Program-made: the position numbers and the translations under genes | Part shown: piece by piece, positions 46,825-57,375 of the stretch | Numbering within the stretch: the stretch's first letter is position 1 | How the letters are laid out: each line of letters opens with the position of its first letter | Notes under the pieces: model-generated | What the model was told of the DNA's origin: nothing | Database searches by the model: none | The model's input: the letters and a program-made list of their open reading frames with translations, nothing else | Source: an uncultured virus (IMG/VR IMGVR_UViG_3300031555_006527) | Lineage: Duplodnaviria; Heunggongvirae; Uroviricota; Caudoviricetes | Strand: one strand, 5' to 3' | DNA: 64,000 nucleotides | Virus record (IMG/VR): IMGVR_UViG_3300031555_006527

Positions 46825-46904
46825 AAAGTAGATAATTATGACAAAGTAAGAAGCTCTTGATTATATCAACCAGTAATGTATTTTCAAAATAACTGAGGCA
46901 AAAT

Positions 46905-48209
46905 ATGACTTATTCTCAACTTTCCAACACCTCAAATATAATCGAAGTTTTTAATGATTTTTTAGTAAGAAATAATTTACCTGCTTTAGATGAGTTAAAT
47001 AAAGAGATTCTGGCAGAAGAAATTGAATTTCAATTAAAAACTAGAAAAGAACAATTAGAAACTATTTATAACGCAGAACAATTAAAGCAGTTAGATTTAG
47101 CAAAAGAACATGGAGTAGATGTTTCTCTGATAGAAAATCCACAATTTTCTTCTTCTAAAATGGAATTATTCCGTGAAGCACTAGAAGAAGGCTTAGACAT
47201 TACCCCTCTTTTAGATTCTCGCCTTAATAATAAGCAACTTCTGGAATTGGTTAGAGGTATTCGTTTAGGTATTGACGTAACTCCGTTTGCTAATTTTGAA
47301 TTTACTCCGGCACAAATGAATGCGTTAATTACAAGCAAATTGTCAGGATTTGATGTTTCTGCTTATACAAACCCAATTTATCCGGTAGAAAGTATGAGAC
47401 TATTCCACTCTGCTTTAGCTCAGGGATTAGACATTTCGTGGTTATTAAATCCTGATTTTAATACAAAACAGATTCATACATTATTGTCTGCTTTAGAAAA
47501 AGGTCTTGATATTTCTATTGTTGCGAATCCGGTATTTAATAATCAAGAGATGCGTCAAATAATTTTTGGTTTAGAAAGAGGCGTAGATGTTCTACTCTAT
47601 GCGAAACCTTGTTATGATGTAGAACAAATGACTTGGATTCGAATCGGATTAGAAAAAGGTTATAATGTCCTGCTATATAACCATCCTGATTTTTCTGCAG
47701 AGCAAATGGAAATTATTTTTGACGGAATTGCTCGTGGATTCGATGTTACTCTCTATAATGGATTAGAATTTTCAGAAGAGCAAATGAAACAAATTTATCT
47801 TGGATTAGAACATAATCAAAAAGTAAGAGAAATTGCAGATATGGCAACAGAAATGGAAATTCCATTTGACGGAGTTTTAATTGATGTTGCTACATATGCT
47901 TGTTCTTCCATACCCGCTGACAAAATGAAACAGATTCGTCAAGGAATGAAACATGGTATCCGTGTTTCCTCTTATTTAGCAGCTCATATTTCTGCTCAAG
48001 AATCGAAACAGATTCGTAAAGAGCTGGAAGAAAAACATATCAAAGACTATGGAAAATTAGCAGATGAAGCGAATATGTCCGATTGGCTACATCGTTATGA
48101 AGAATGGCAGAAAAACAAAGAAAGAGCTGAATATTTCCCATGGAAGGAAGACAACGAAGAAAATGATGAAGATGATGATAAAGAAAATCCTTGGTATCTT
48201 CAATTATAA
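46905..48209 (+). CDS. Repeat protein (about 26-aa NPxF..QM..I..GL..G.DV repeats)
   Basis: About 10 tandem repeats; related to 30809 and 53515. Confidence 0.75.
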   Translation: MTYSQLSNTSNIIEVFNDFLVRNNLPALDELNKEILAEEIEFQLKTRKEQLETIYNAEQLKQLDLAKEHGVDVSLIENPQFSSSKMELFREALEEGLDITPLLDSRLNNKQLLELVRGIRLGIDVTPFANFEFTPAQMNALITSKLSGFDVSAYTNPIYPVESMRLFHSALAQGLDISWLLNPDFNTKQIHTLLSALEKGLDISIVANPVFNNQEMRQIIFGLERGVDVLLYAKPCYDVEQMTWIRIGLEKGYNVLLYNHPDFSAEQMEIIFDGIARGFDVTLYNGLEFSEEQMKQIYLGLEHNQKVREIADMATEMEIPFDGVLIDVATYACSSIPADKMKQIRQGMKHGIRVSSYLAAHISAQESKQIRKELEEKHIKDYGKLADEANMSDWLHRYEEWQKNKERAEYFPWKEDNEENDEDDDKENPWYLQL

Positions 48210-48232
48210 ATAGAAAAGGATAAGGAGGTTCT

Positions 48233-48532
48233 ATGACTAAGAAAAGAGTTTTAAGAAGCTTAGGAATAGTTTTTTTAATACTAGTCATTGCTGTTATTTT
48301 CTTTGACAAACAAAAAACACTTCCCAAAATAGATGAGACAAAAAATGTCTTGACTATAGAGAATGGTGATTTGCTTTATTCTGCCACATCGACTCCAGAA
48401 CCTTCACCTACCAGTAGACCAACGCCTACGATAGAAATAATCCCTACAATATCTCCCGTAATTGAGATTTCTCCAATTATGCCGGAAGAGGAGTATGCCC
48501 CTGTGACAATTACTCCCACTCCTAAAATATAA
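48233..48532 (+). CDS. Single-TM protein with Pro/Thr-rich tail
   Basis: AGGAGG RBS; TM plus PTPT. Confidence 0.55.
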   Translation: MTKKRVLRSLGIVFLILVIAVIFFDKQKTLPKIDETKNVLTIENGDLLYSATSTPEPSPTSRPTPTIEIIPTISPVIEISPIMPEEEYAPVTITPTPKI

Positions 48533-48565
48533 ATAGTAATCACAAGAAAAAACAGGAGAATAAAT

Positions 48566-48967
48566 ATGAAAAATATATTCAATTCTATAGTAACGGATTT
48601 ACAAGAAGCTGCTAACCATTGTCCAAGCGGTACTGGTGGACATGATAAAATTTGGTTAAAAGATGCAAAAAAAATTGTTCAAAGATATTTGCCCTTAACG
48701 AAATATTATTTTCAACCTCCATGTAAAATTGGAGATACACTTTATGATATTTCTGACTTTTTAGACGATAGAGAGTCTCCGGAAATTATAGAGCTTCATT
48801 GCAAAGAAATCACTCTATTAAGTTTTGAAGATGACGTTCCTCTTTGGTGTATTGATAGTACAAATATTTATCCTTCTGACATTGGAACACGTATCTTTTA
48901 TTCGGAAGATGCAGCCAAAAGACGAATCGAGCAGTTACTTCAGCCTTCACCAGCAATTACAAGATAG
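48566..48967 (+). CDS. Hypothetical protein, PCKIGD module (ends ITR)
   Basis: PPCKIGDTLY..IG..IF.SE..A. Confidence 0.65.
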   Translation: MKNIFNSIVTDLQEAANHCPSGTGGHDKIWLKDAKKIVQRYLPLTKYYFQPPCKIGDTLYDISDFLDDRESPEIIELHCKEITLLSFEDDVPLWCIDSTNIYPSDIGTRIFYSEDAAKRRIEQLLQPSPAITR

Positions 48968-48997
48968 TTTAAAAATAAGAAACTTCAATAAAAAAAG

Positions 48998-49621
48998 GTG
49001 CCTAAATTTATGAATGAAAAAGCAAGACAAATGTGGCAGAAAATTACTCCAGATAAATTTCGAAAAGATATGACTCCCCTCGAAGAGATTCATTTTATAA
49101 ACGACATGTATGATTGTTACGAAGCTGAGGATGATTTCTGTCCCATTTATTATAGTGTTCATGGAAGAGCAGATAAATATCATGGTCAACCATATCAACT
49201 ACTTGAAAGAGTTAAAATTCCGTCAACACTATATTCATCATTACAATATAGAAATGAAAGTTTTGATTCTGAGATAGTAAACTATCCTATGTGGATGATT
49301 AAGTTTGCTGACGGAGAAACATTTGCAGCATTCGAAACTGAAATTATTGCCAGATGCATTCGGGAAAATAATTATATAATTTTTCCTGAGCACAAATCAC
49401 TTTCTTTTGAAGAGATTAAGCGTCCTCTTGATGAACGCAATCAATCTCTTTTGGAAGAAAAAGAATACATTGTAAAACGTTATTACCAGTCTACAGTAAC
49501 AGTCAAGGCCTCTTCTCCGGAAGAAGCGTTAGATAAAGCTGGAGATTATGAAGGCAGTCTTCAGTTATTAGATGAAGACGAGGTAGAAGAGGTTGTAACC
49601 ACTCCTCAAATGCGAATGTGA
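48998..49621 (+). CDS. Hypothetical protein (ends MRM)
   Basis: ORF; V.A.S.EEA..KA module. Confidence 0.65.
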   Translation: MPKFMNEKARQMWQKITPDKFRKDMTPLEEIHFINDMYDCYEAEDDFCPIYYSVHGRADKYHGQPYQLLERVKIPSTLYSSLQYRNESFDSEIVNYPMWMIKFADGETFAAFETEIIARCIRENNYIIFPEHKSLSFEEIKRPLDERNQSLLEEKEYIVKRYYQSTVTVKASSPEEALDKAGDYEGSLQLLDEDEVEEVVTTPQMRM

Positions 49622-49705
49622 TTTCAATAAAAAAAAAGAAGCCTTTTAAAAATCAAAAAGAATATTATCTATATCTAATCTTATTTGATTTGGAGAACAA
49701 ATAAT

Positions 49706-49930
49706 ATGAAAATAAAGTATGTACATTTTTCAGAACCAAATAAAACTCAAATATATGATACAAAAGTTGCGTTAAAGAAAAATTCTTTTATCAAAATGTC
49801 TCAAGAAGAGTTTGACGAGTTTGAACTTTCAAATATGGAGAGCGACAGACAACAGGGGCATATTTTGTCATATGAAATCGTTGATGAAGATGAAGTAGAA
49901 GAGACAATCAAACCAGTATTTACAAGATAA
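49706..49930 (+). CDS. Hypothetical protein (ends FTR)
   Basis: GGAG RBS plus ORF. Confidence 0.6.
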   Translation: MKIKYVHFSEPNKTQIYDTKVALKKNSFIKMSQEEFDEFELSNMESDRQQGHILSYEIVDEDEVEETIKPVFTR

Positions 49931-49944
49931 AAAGGAAATTTCTT

Positions 49945-50274
49945 ATGTTAATTGACACTAATGACGAAAGATTTTGGGATATTCTGTTTAATGAGGCCTG
50001 TGTCGAAGGACGTAAAGCTGTAAACATTGAACGGGAATTAAAAGAAATTGCTATTTCAGAAGAATCAATAAAACAAAAAGCTCAATCAGAAATTCTCAAA
50101 GAAGTATGCCAGATAATTTCCCAAAAATTAAGTGGAGACACAAAACATTTAACCGGAAGCGCCTATCATAAAGAGCTCGCTTATATCGAAGACCTCAGAA
50201 TGATAGAGCAATTAAAAGAAGATTTAGAAAGAGAAACTGTTCAAAATCTCCGACAAACGGTAATGAGTATGTAA
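49945..50274 (+). CDS. Hypothetical protein (ends MSM)
   Basis: RBS plus ORF. Confidence 0.65.
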   Translation: MLIDTNDERFWDILFNEACVEGRKAVNIERELKEIAISEESIKQKAQSEILKEVCQIISQKLSGDTKHLTGSAYHKELAYIEDLRMIEQLKEDLERETVQNLRQTVMSM

Positions 50275-50298
50275 TTTCAACAAAAGAGGTTAATTCAC

Positions 50299-50814
50299 AT
50301 GATTTGTAAAGAATTTATGAATATTTCTGATAAAGAAATTATAGAAGCACTAAAAGAGGTGTTCACAGATATTACAAGAGTGGAAAATATTATGCGGTAT
50401 AAACAATATAACGAAATTACTTGCCGCATTTATACAAAAAATGGTCCTCTCATTGGATACATTGTGAATTTAAATCAAACAAATCTCTACTCTTACGATT
50501 TTGATGCGACCAAATTTGAGTGCTTTAAATGGAAAAATTTTCTTTGGAATCATAGTTATAGTAATGAAAAACCAAACATTCTTACAATGATTTCTCCGGA
50601 GATGAAACAATATCTTCAGGCAGAGATTCTTAAAGAGTATGTAGAAGAATTAAAGGACTTTTGTAGTCATAATACCATTAGTACCAGTGTAGTCACCAAT
50701 TGTCCTGTTTATGTGAACCCAAATGGTATTTGGGCGGATTTGCTGGAAGATTTTACAAAACAATATCAAGAAAATCAAGAAGAACAGGAACAAACTCAAG
50801 CAATCACTATGTAA
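50299..50814 (+). CDS. Hypothetical protein (ends ITM)
   Basis: RBS plus ORF. Confidence 0.65.
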   Translation: MICKEFMNISDKEIIEALKEVFTDITRVENIMRYKQYNEITCRIYTKNGPLIGYIVNLNQTNLYSYDFDATKFECFKWKNFLWNHSYSNEKPNILTMISPEMKQYLQAEILKEYVEELKDFCSHNTISTSVVTNCPVYVNPNGIWADLLEDFTKQYQENQEEQEQTQAITM

Positions 50815-50835
50815 TTTCAAAAAAGGTATTTTGTT

Positions 50836-51630
50836 ATGAACCTTGAACATCAAAAACAAAATTTTAAAAATCATATCGCAACATTAACAGACCTTGGCAA
50901 TATTAAAATCCTAGATTTTGCAGACCCAAATTCTTCTCATTATCGTATTCGGTTTTTATTTGAAGAAGACTATTGTCGATTACATATCTCCGGTGATTTG
51001 GGAGAATTAGTCGCAACAAATTACAATAATATGCGATTTGAAAAATTTACGGACTTTACCAGAAACACTGGATATTTCAGAGAAAAAATTAACTGTCATA
51101 GCCGTCCACTAGATGTCTATGACTATAACCTTGCTGAACAGGAATTAAGAGAACGTATTATAGAAGAGCGTTGGTTAGATAATCCGGAGTTTTATGACTT
51201 AGGTTATACAAGATACGAAGATGATGAAGAATCTATAATTGAAGAAGGCATCCGTTGTATTCTTAGGGATTATGAAAATAATGGCATTGGTACTAGCGGT
51301 TTCCAACATCTTTCTAAAATTGATGAAGATGCGTGGGAATGGGCATATGACCTTGGAAAGAAAGATACTGGTATCTTAGACCTTTATATGCTGGCCTTTA
51401 CACTGGCAACAGAACAGCTCAAGTCGAAAGAAAAGACAAATTCTACTCAGAATAAAGAATCTGATAGATGTCAAATAGAAGATTTTGCTTGTTTTATTGC
51501 AGAATACATTGACGAACAAGATACTTCTAAGTTGTTGGAAAGACCATTTACCACTATGTCTGAACTTGCAGAAGAATTTCTTGACAGTCAAGAACAGAAT
51601 TTAAATTCTAATCACAATATGAAACTGTGA
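50836..51630 (+). CDS. Hypothetical phage-like protein (ends MKL)
   Basis: F.NH.A....LHISGDLGE..F..N.GYF.EKI. Confidence 0.7.
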   Translation: MNLEHQKQNFKNHIATLTDLGNIKILDFADPNSSHYRIRFLFEEDYCRLHISGDLGELVATNYNNMRFEKFTDFTRNTGYFREKINCHSRPLDVYDYNLAEQELRERIIEERWLDNPEFYDLGYTRYEDDEESIIEEGIRCILRDYENNGIGTSGFQHLSKIDEDAWEWAYDLGKKDTGILDLYMLAFTLATEQLKSKEKTNSTQNKESDRCQIEDFACFIAEYIDEQDTSKLLERPFTTMSELAEEFLDSQEQNLNSNHNMKL

Positions 51631-51651
51631 TATTAACAAAAAGGAGTTATT

Positions 51652-52011
51652 ATGCAACCACTTATTGATGATTTAGCTAAAATTAAAGAACTGGAACATC
51701 TAGATAAAGAATCACTTCGATTTCTTTATGAGAGTATTATAAAGTACAAACAATATGTTCGTGAACAGACCATTGATGAATTCACAGAACGATTAAAGAA
51801 ATCTTCTATAAGAGGAAGTTTTGAATACACACCTGACCATACGAAACCTTGGCTCAAAGAAAAATCTCATTGCAAAGTGATAGGTACCAGAAAAATTGAC
51901 GAAGTGGCAACCACCTACAAAGAAGAACTGTCTGCTGCTTATGAAAAACTTCTTAATCTCCAGAAAGAGGATTCTTTAAAAGAAGATACTCATTATCCTC
52001 TCACCATGTAA
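51652..52011 (+). CDS. Hypothetical protein (ends LTM)
   Basis: RBS plus ORF; IDEF.ERLK module. Confidence 0.65.
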   Translation: MQPLIDDLAKIKELEHLDKESLRFLYESIIKYKQYVREQTIDEFTERLKKSSIRGSFEYTPDHTKPWLKEKSHCKVIGTRKIDEVATTYKEELSAAYEKLLNLQKEDSLKEDTHYPLTM

Positions 52012-52145
52012 TTTTTCTTTAGAATGGTTGGAAAATAGATTTAGACATTCCAACATTTAAAGGAGAAGGCAGAGAATATATTGAACAACTAATACTTTTT
52101 GATGAACTTGTTCAATCACAAGTAATTACAAAATAGAGGTACTTT

Positions 52146-52340
52146 ATGATAATCAATGAAGAAGAAACCATTGAGTTAGATGGTTTTATTATGAATAATG
52201 GAGAAGTTCTAATCTCTGATTCTTTTGCTATGGGAGATTGGAAAAAAGTAAAAATCCATATTGAACCAAGTATGCTCAAATTCCTTATAGAGGAACATGA
52301 ACAAAAAATTGAGCAAATTTGTGATATCTCAATATTTTAA
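52146..52340 (+). CDS. Hypothetical protein
   Basis: GAGG RBS plus ORF. Confidence 0.55.
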   Translation: MIINEEETIELDGFIMNNGEVLISDSFAMGDWKKVKIHIEPSMLKFLIEEHEQKIEQICDISIF

Positions 52341-52369
52341 ATGTATTTACAACCAGATAGGAGTATTTT

Positions 52370-52882
52370 ATGAAAATTATAGCAGCATTTGATGTCGATG
52401 AAGCTAAGCTTAAAGAAATAGAAAACGGAGACCCTCAAAGTGCTTTTGGGTGGTTAGAAGATTCCGGCTTATATTTAAGACATTATACCGAATTTACAGA
52501 CGAAGAACGTTTGCCTTCGATTGAGAATCATCACAGAACGTTTGGCAGTGATAATTATAAAATAATCCAGACGCCATTAAAGGATGAACGCTATGCGTTA
52601 GAAGCTGAAGTTTGTGATTCTGGAGATATAGAAGAACTATCCGTAGTTGTCAAAGACACTCAAGAAAATGTTGTTGTTCAAGACGTCTGTATGGTTCGTG
52701 CTCCATATAAGTGGTTAAATGGACTTGCTGTTAGACAAGACGGTATTGAAACTTTAGTATGGGCTGATGAAGAAAATGAAGATTACACTCATAAATTTTT
52801 CACAGGCATCAATGAAGAATACGAACAAAATCTGGAAAAAGATTCTAAAGAAAAACAATCTCAAACTCCAATGACCATGTAA
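52370..52882 (+). CDS. Acidic hypothetical protein (ends MTM)
   Basis: RBS plus ORF. Confidence 0.65.
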   Translation: MKIIAAFDVDEAKLKEIENGDPQSAFGWLEDSGLYLRHYTEFTDEERLPSIENHHRTFGSDNYKIIQTPLKDERYALEAEVCDSGDIEELSVVVKDTQENVVVQDVCMVRAPYKWLNGLAVRQDGIETLVWADEENEDYTHKFFTGINEEYEQNLEKDSKEKQSQTPMTM

Positions 52883-52905
52883 TTACAAATAAAGAGGTAT
52901 TCTCT

Positions 52906-53103
52906 ATGGACAAAGAAAGTTATTTAAAAGAGTGGTTCCCTACAGAAAAAGAAGCAAACGATTTTGCAAAGAAAGTAAAAGGGAACGTATATGATGCTGA
53001 TTTTCTAGGTGGATACGAAGTAATGTATCCAAAAGAAATGGATAAGATTGCTCAGCAAATTTTGTCAGAATACCAAACTAAAACTCCAGCTATGACAATG
53101 TAA
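52906..53103 (+). CDS. Hypothetical protein (ends MTM)
   Basis: RBS plus ORF. Confidence 0.6.
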   Translation: MDKESYLKEWFPTEKEANDFAKKVKGNVYDADFLGGYEVMYPKEMDKIAQQILSEYQTKTPAMTM

Positions 53104-53129
53104 TTTTTCGAAGAAAGGTAAAATATATT

Positions 53130-53492
53130 ATGTTTATTTCTAAAGAAGCTATTAAAGCAGGTCTAAAAGATATGGATTATCTGGGCAATCCTGTGCATAG
53201 ACCATTACGAGAAGCATTAGAACAAATGTTAAAGGCCATGGAACACGATAATCGAGATGGTCTCAATTTAATTGACCGTGATTCCTATATTGCAACTGTT
53301 CTATGGCAAGAAGAGGATATTAAATCTGTTCTTGAAGATAGAGGTTTCCCAACGGATGAAGAGACAGTGACTGAAGTATTAAACCATCTTTCCATTTCTC
53401 AACTGGAAGATTGTTCAGACGGATTTGATGTTATTCATGCTGCAGTTGATGAATATGCAAGAGCAAATAGTTTACCACGATTTATGAGCTAA
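53130..53492 (+). CDS. Hypothetical protein
   Basis: RBS plus ORF. Confidence 0.65.
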   Translation: MFISKEAIKAGLKDMDYLGNPVHRPLREALEQMLKAMEHDNRDGLNLIDRDSYIATVLWQEEDIKSVLEDRGFPTDEETVTEVLNHLSISQLEDCSDGFDVIHAAVDEYARANSLPRFMS

Positions 53493-53514
53493 GCATAAAG
53501 AAAGGACCAATAAA

Positions 53515-54459
53515 ATGAATACTTATACAGAACAGCAATTAGCTGTTTTAAATCAAGCAAAAGAAAATGGATATGGCATTTCTCATTTAGTAAACTCAAG
53601 ATTCAATTCTATGCAATTAAAAGTACTTGCAGATGCTTATAAAGATGGTTGTGACATTATTCCATATTTACAACCATATTTTTCAGCAAAACATATGCAG
53701 TTAATTTCAGATGTTCAACGTTTTGGCATTACCGATATTTCTCTTCTCTGTAATCCAAAATATACCGTTGCTCAATTAGAGCGTTTATCTCAAGCTCTTA
53801 AAAATGGATACAATATTGAACCAGTAGCAAGACCTTATTATTCAGAAGGAATTATGAAAGAATATTTCAGAGGTTGTTATCAAGGAGTAGACTTATCTCC
53901 ATATTTAAATGACTCTGAAAATGAACAAGTATTAGCTGCTATTCGTAGATGTCTGGTATGTGGATATGATGTTTCTCCATGTATTAACCATGGATGGGAT
54001 TTTTTTACTGACGAACAGAAGTTGTTCCTTTTGAAACAAGTTTCTCAAGGGGAAGATGTTACCAGTTATGCCAATTCTGATTTCTCTATAGAAGAAATGA
54101 AGGCTATCAAAGACGCTCAATCACAAACCTCTGCATCTACATCAAAACCACAAAAAACTCCGGTACCGGATGAATCTTATGTGGATGCCTTGTATGATTT
54201 ACTTTCTAACAATACTGTCACAACTCAGTTTGAAGATTGCACCGACAATCAAGGCTACGAGGAACAACATACATTATTCTTTCCAAATGGCACAGAATGG
54301 CCATCTGAATATTCTCATACAGAGAATAGTTATATGGAGAATAGTTCTTTTGATGAACAGATTGCCAGAAATGCAATAAGTATTGCTTGTGTTCTTGGTA
54401 AACAACAGGAATTATATGCAGCTATTGATGACGCTTATAACCTGAAACTTACTAAATAG
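53515..54459 (+). CDS. Repeat protein (NPxY..QL..L..A..G.DI repeats)
   Basis: Degenerate repeats related to 30809 and 46905. Confidence 0.7.
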   Translation: MNTYTEQQLAVLNQAKENGYGISHLVNSRFNSMQLKVLADAYKDGCDIIPYLQPYFSAKHMQLISDVQRFGITDISLLCNPKYTVAQLERLSQALKNGYNIEPVARPYYSEGIMKEYFRGCYQGVDLSPYLNDSENEQVLAAIRRCLVCGYDVSPCINHGWDFFTDEQKLFLLKQVSQGEDVTSYANSDFSIEEMKAIKDAQSQTSASTSKPQKTPVPDESYVDALYDLLSNNTVTTQFEDCTDNQGYEEQHTLFFPNGTEWPSEYSHTENSYMENSSFDEQIARNAISIACVLGKQQELYAAIDDAYNLKLTK

Positions 54460-54478
54460 AAAAAGGAGGAAAACACAA

Positions 54479-54850
54479 ATGATTATTCCAAACTTTCTTG
54501 TTGGATATGATAAAGAGCAAGTTCCGCTATATAGTGGAGATGTAGTCCAATTTGAACTCTGTCCTGATGATTGGAACGAAGACACTAAAACATTAGAAGG
54601 TATGATAGTTTATGATGAAGATGTTTTTGGGTTTGCCTTTTATACGTTAGAAGACGAATATCCGGCAATCTCAATGAATTGTGAGAATATCAATAGAAGC
54701 TCTTTACAAAAAATTATCAATGGTGTTTCCTTAGACTCTTTTTTGGGGAAACAATTACATCCTGATTGGGCAAATATGTATGACATACATATAAAACACA
54801 ACCTTTTTAGCTCAGTTGGATTACAAAAAAATCAAGCACTTTCAAGATAA
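54479..54850 (+). CDS. YopX-like protein (ends LSR)
   Basis: GYDK....LYSGDVV......G.IVYDE...F motif. Confidence 0.6.
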   Translation: MIIPNFLVGYDKEQVPLYSGDVVQFELCPDDWNEDTKTLEGMIVYDEDVFGFAFYTLEDEYPAISMNCENINRSSLQKIINGVSLDSFLGKQLHPDWANMYDIHIKHNLFSSVGLQKNQALSR

Positions 54851-54867
54851 AACAGGAGATTATTTTT

Positions 54868-55383
54868 ATGGAGAAATACTTCGAAATTCAAAAAGACAGT
54901 CCTTTTTACCAGACTTATTTTTCATGGATAGAAGACAGAAAAAGAATAAACAGAGCTTTTGGCATTATAAGAGAAGATTTTGGCATAGAAACCAAGGAAT
55001 ACTACCCAAGAAAAGACACATTACAGATAGTTCCTACGCAACAAGATAAACTAAATTTTAAGGACCAGTTAATGAAAAGTGATTATGGTGCTTTCAAAAA
55101 GAACTCTGAAGTAAGTAAAGCTTGGCGAGACAGAATGACTGACGTAAACCTTATCCATAAACCTATGGTTGGTTATCATGTCAGTGTATATGGTCGTTGG
55201 TCCGAGCAATTATTCCACATTGACGATACTTTGTACGGAAAAATAGAAACAAATTCTGAAATCTCATTGCCGGATTTTTGTATTCCGATGAAAGCCAGCG
55301 AATATTACCGGATTATGGAAGAGGCGGAAGAAAGAGAAAAATCTGAAGAGGAGCAGGAACAAGCTCCAGCATTAACGATGTAA
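54868..55383 (+). CDS. Hypothetical protein (ends LTM)
   Basis: RBS plus ORF; MKASEYY motif. Confidence 0.65.
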   Translation: MEKYFEIQKDSPFYQTYFSWIEDRKRINRAFGIIREDFGIETKEYYPRKDTLQIVPTQQDKLNFKDQLMKSDYGAFKKNSEVSKAWRDRMTDVNLIHKPMVGYHVSVYGRWSEQLFHIDDTLYGKIETNSEISLPDFCIPMKASEYYRIMEEAEEREKSEEEQEQAPALTM

Positions 55384-55481
55384 TAATTATTAAACACTTC
55401 TATTCCAGAGCACTCTGATTGGCGTCAGGGTGTCTTCTGGAACTATGAAGTTATAGTGTTTTCAATTTGAAAGTTAATTCT

Positions 55482-55898
55482 ATGAAAAAATTAGTTAATA
55501 CAATATTTACGTTCGCAAACAAGTTAGATAAAACCGAACAAGCTTATGTAACGAAAGTCCAAGAACGTTTAAAAAAGTATGAATCATTAGAAGAACAAAA
55601 TAGATTAGCCACTTTACCATGTGCTTGTGGTGATAAGTTATATGAAATTGTTTCCGTAAGAGCTAAAAAAGGAAATAACGTTCATTATGACATAAAAGAA
55701 ATTATTGTTCAAAGCATTGAATTAAGTCGTTATCAAAATTACGTAATAGATACAGAGGATAATCGTATCAATTTTAAAGAATTTGGTAACACTGTTTTCC
55801 TTACTTTAGAAGCAGCTACAGCTCGTAAAAACACACTAAATGCGATGAATGGTTTAGAAGAAGAGAATCAACAAAATGAAACAGTATTTTCAAGATAA
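55482..55898 (+). CDS. PC.GD-module protein, paralog 1 (ends FSR)
   Basis: IFTFANKLD..LPCACGD..FG.TVFLT.EAA. Confidence 0.65.
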   Translation: MKKLVNTIFTFANKLDKTEQAYVTKVQERLKKYESLEEQNRLATLPCACGDKLYEIVSVRAKKGNNVHYDIKEIIVQSIELSRYQNYVIDTEDNRINFKEFGNTVFLTLEAATARKNTLNAMNGLEEENQQNETVFSR

Positions 55899-55908
55899 GG
55901 AATCCTTT

Positions 55909-56334
55909 ATGAGTAAACGTTCTATTTTTACATTTGCAAATAAATTAGACATATCCGAACAACGTTATATTGAAAAAATACAAGAAGAATTAAATCGATA
56001 TAAAGAGTTAGAAGAATCCGGCCATTTAAAAATTTTCCCTTGTAAAGCAGGAGATACTGTTTGGAATCTAATAGTAACACAAACCATTGATTATCCCGAC
56101 GGTAAATTCCAAACATGGGATGTTGTAGAATCTAGAGTAGAATCCCTTATTTCTCGTAACAAAAAAGATGAAGTTTGGATGAGAACAAAAGAAGCAACAC
56201 CAAGAAGCTGTGTGGTAGGAACTGACAGATTCCACGAACTTGTATTTTTCTCCTCTGAAGAAGCTTTTGCCAAAAGAGACGAATTAAATCAAGAGTCTTT
56301 AAATCAATACAAAACACAATCACTTTCCAGATAA
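55909..56334 (+). CDS. PC.GD-module protein, paralog 2 (ends LSR)
   Basis: IFTFANKLD..FPCKAGDTVW..VF.S.EEA. Confidence 0.65.
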   Translation: MSKRSIFTFANKLDISEQRYIEKIQEELNRYKELEESGHLKIFPCKAGDTVWNLIVTQTIDYPDGKFQTWDVVESRVESLISRNKKDEVWMRTKEATPRSCVVGTDRFHELVFFSSEEAFAKRDELNQESLNQYKTQSLSR

Positions 56335-56347
56335 TAAAGGAGGCTAT

Positions 56348-56623
56348 ATGAAAGATTATTTACTTACTATTAAAAATACCGACTATTCCTTTATTGTATC
56401 TGCTAAAGATGCTAAAGATGCCATTCAGACTCTTTGGGAAAAAATAACCGCTGAAGATTTTCCAATGTCAATAATTAAAACAGACCTTCAAGCAAGAAGT
56501 TTAGGCAGTCTTCACACAGAATATGGAAAAATCATTGATTTACATCCGGAATTAAAAGAAGCGAAAAAAGAAGAAGAGGAAGAAGATGATTTTTCTAACT
56601 CTGTCTATAATTTTTCCATCTAA
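56348..56623 (+). CDS. Hypothetical protein (ends FSI)
   Basis: AGGAGG RBS plus ORF. Confidence 0.6.
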   Translation: MKDYLLTIKNTDYSFIVSAKDAKDAIQTLWEKITAEDFPMSIIKTDLQARSLGSLHTEYGKIIDLHPELKEAKKEEEEEDDFSNSVYNFSI

Positions 56624-56680
56624 TCAAAAATCAAGGTTAATTATTTATATCCAGTATTTTCAAAACAAAAGGAATTAAAT

Positions 56681-56968
56681 ATGCCCAAAGATAGCTTACA
56701 ACTTTATGGAATTCCACTTATTTATTATAACGAAGATAATGTTCCGGAACGTGGAAACACTGTTTTTGCATTAAGTGATGAAGATTTAACACAAGTATCT
56801 TCTTGGAAAATTAAAGAACATTATCTAGTCCAAGAAGCTCTAGACACTTATGATTGTGAAGATATTGGTCAAATCTATCAACTCACAACCCTTGATAGAA
56901 AACTTTTAGAAGCAGAAGGCGAAGATATTTTAGACTTAACCTCTAATAGTTTATCCCTAACAAGATAA
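56681..56968 (+). CDS. Hypothetical protein (ends LTR)
   Basis: RBS plus ORF. Confidence 0.6.
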   Translation: MPKDSLQLYGIPLIYYNEDNVPERGNTVFALSDEDLTQVSSWKIKEHYLVQEALDTYDCEDIGQIYQLTTLDRKLLEAEGEDILDLTSNSLSLTR

Positions 56969-56981
56969 GGAGGAATACCTT

Positions 56982-57365
56982 ATGAATTCTAATCATCCAA
57001 TTTTAAATATTATAGCTAAATACGAACAAAAATTAAATAATTTATCCGTGCATTTGGCATGGGTAGATGAAAAACCTGCAATAAGTAAAAAAGCAGTGCA
57101 AAATTTATTCAAGCAATTGAAGCAGGAAATAGTTTCTTATATCCCTTCTTTATCAAATGATGACCAATTGCTATTAGAAGAATATCAAAAATTAGGAACT
57201 GTAGAAGAACTTCAAAATGCTTTAGAATTGGCAAAAAATTTACAGCAAGCTTTACAACATTCTCATTCTCAGGATAGAGATGAGGCAGCTATAGATGCTT
57301 ATTTAGAATATCTTAGAAAACAGGAAGAACTAACTAATTCTTCCCCAAAAGAAATTTCAAGATAA
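56982..57365 (+). CDS. Hypothetical protein, Y..LGTVEE module (ends ISR)
   Basis: AGGAGG RBS plus ORF. Confidence 0.65.
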   Translation: MNSNHPILNIIAKYEQKLNNLSVHLAWVDEKPAISKKAVQNLFKQLKQEIVSYIPSLSNDDQLLLEEYQKLGTVEELQNALELAKNLQQALQHSHSQDRDEAAIDAYLEYLRKQEELTNSSPKEISR

Positions 57366-57375
57366 GGTTTTCACT

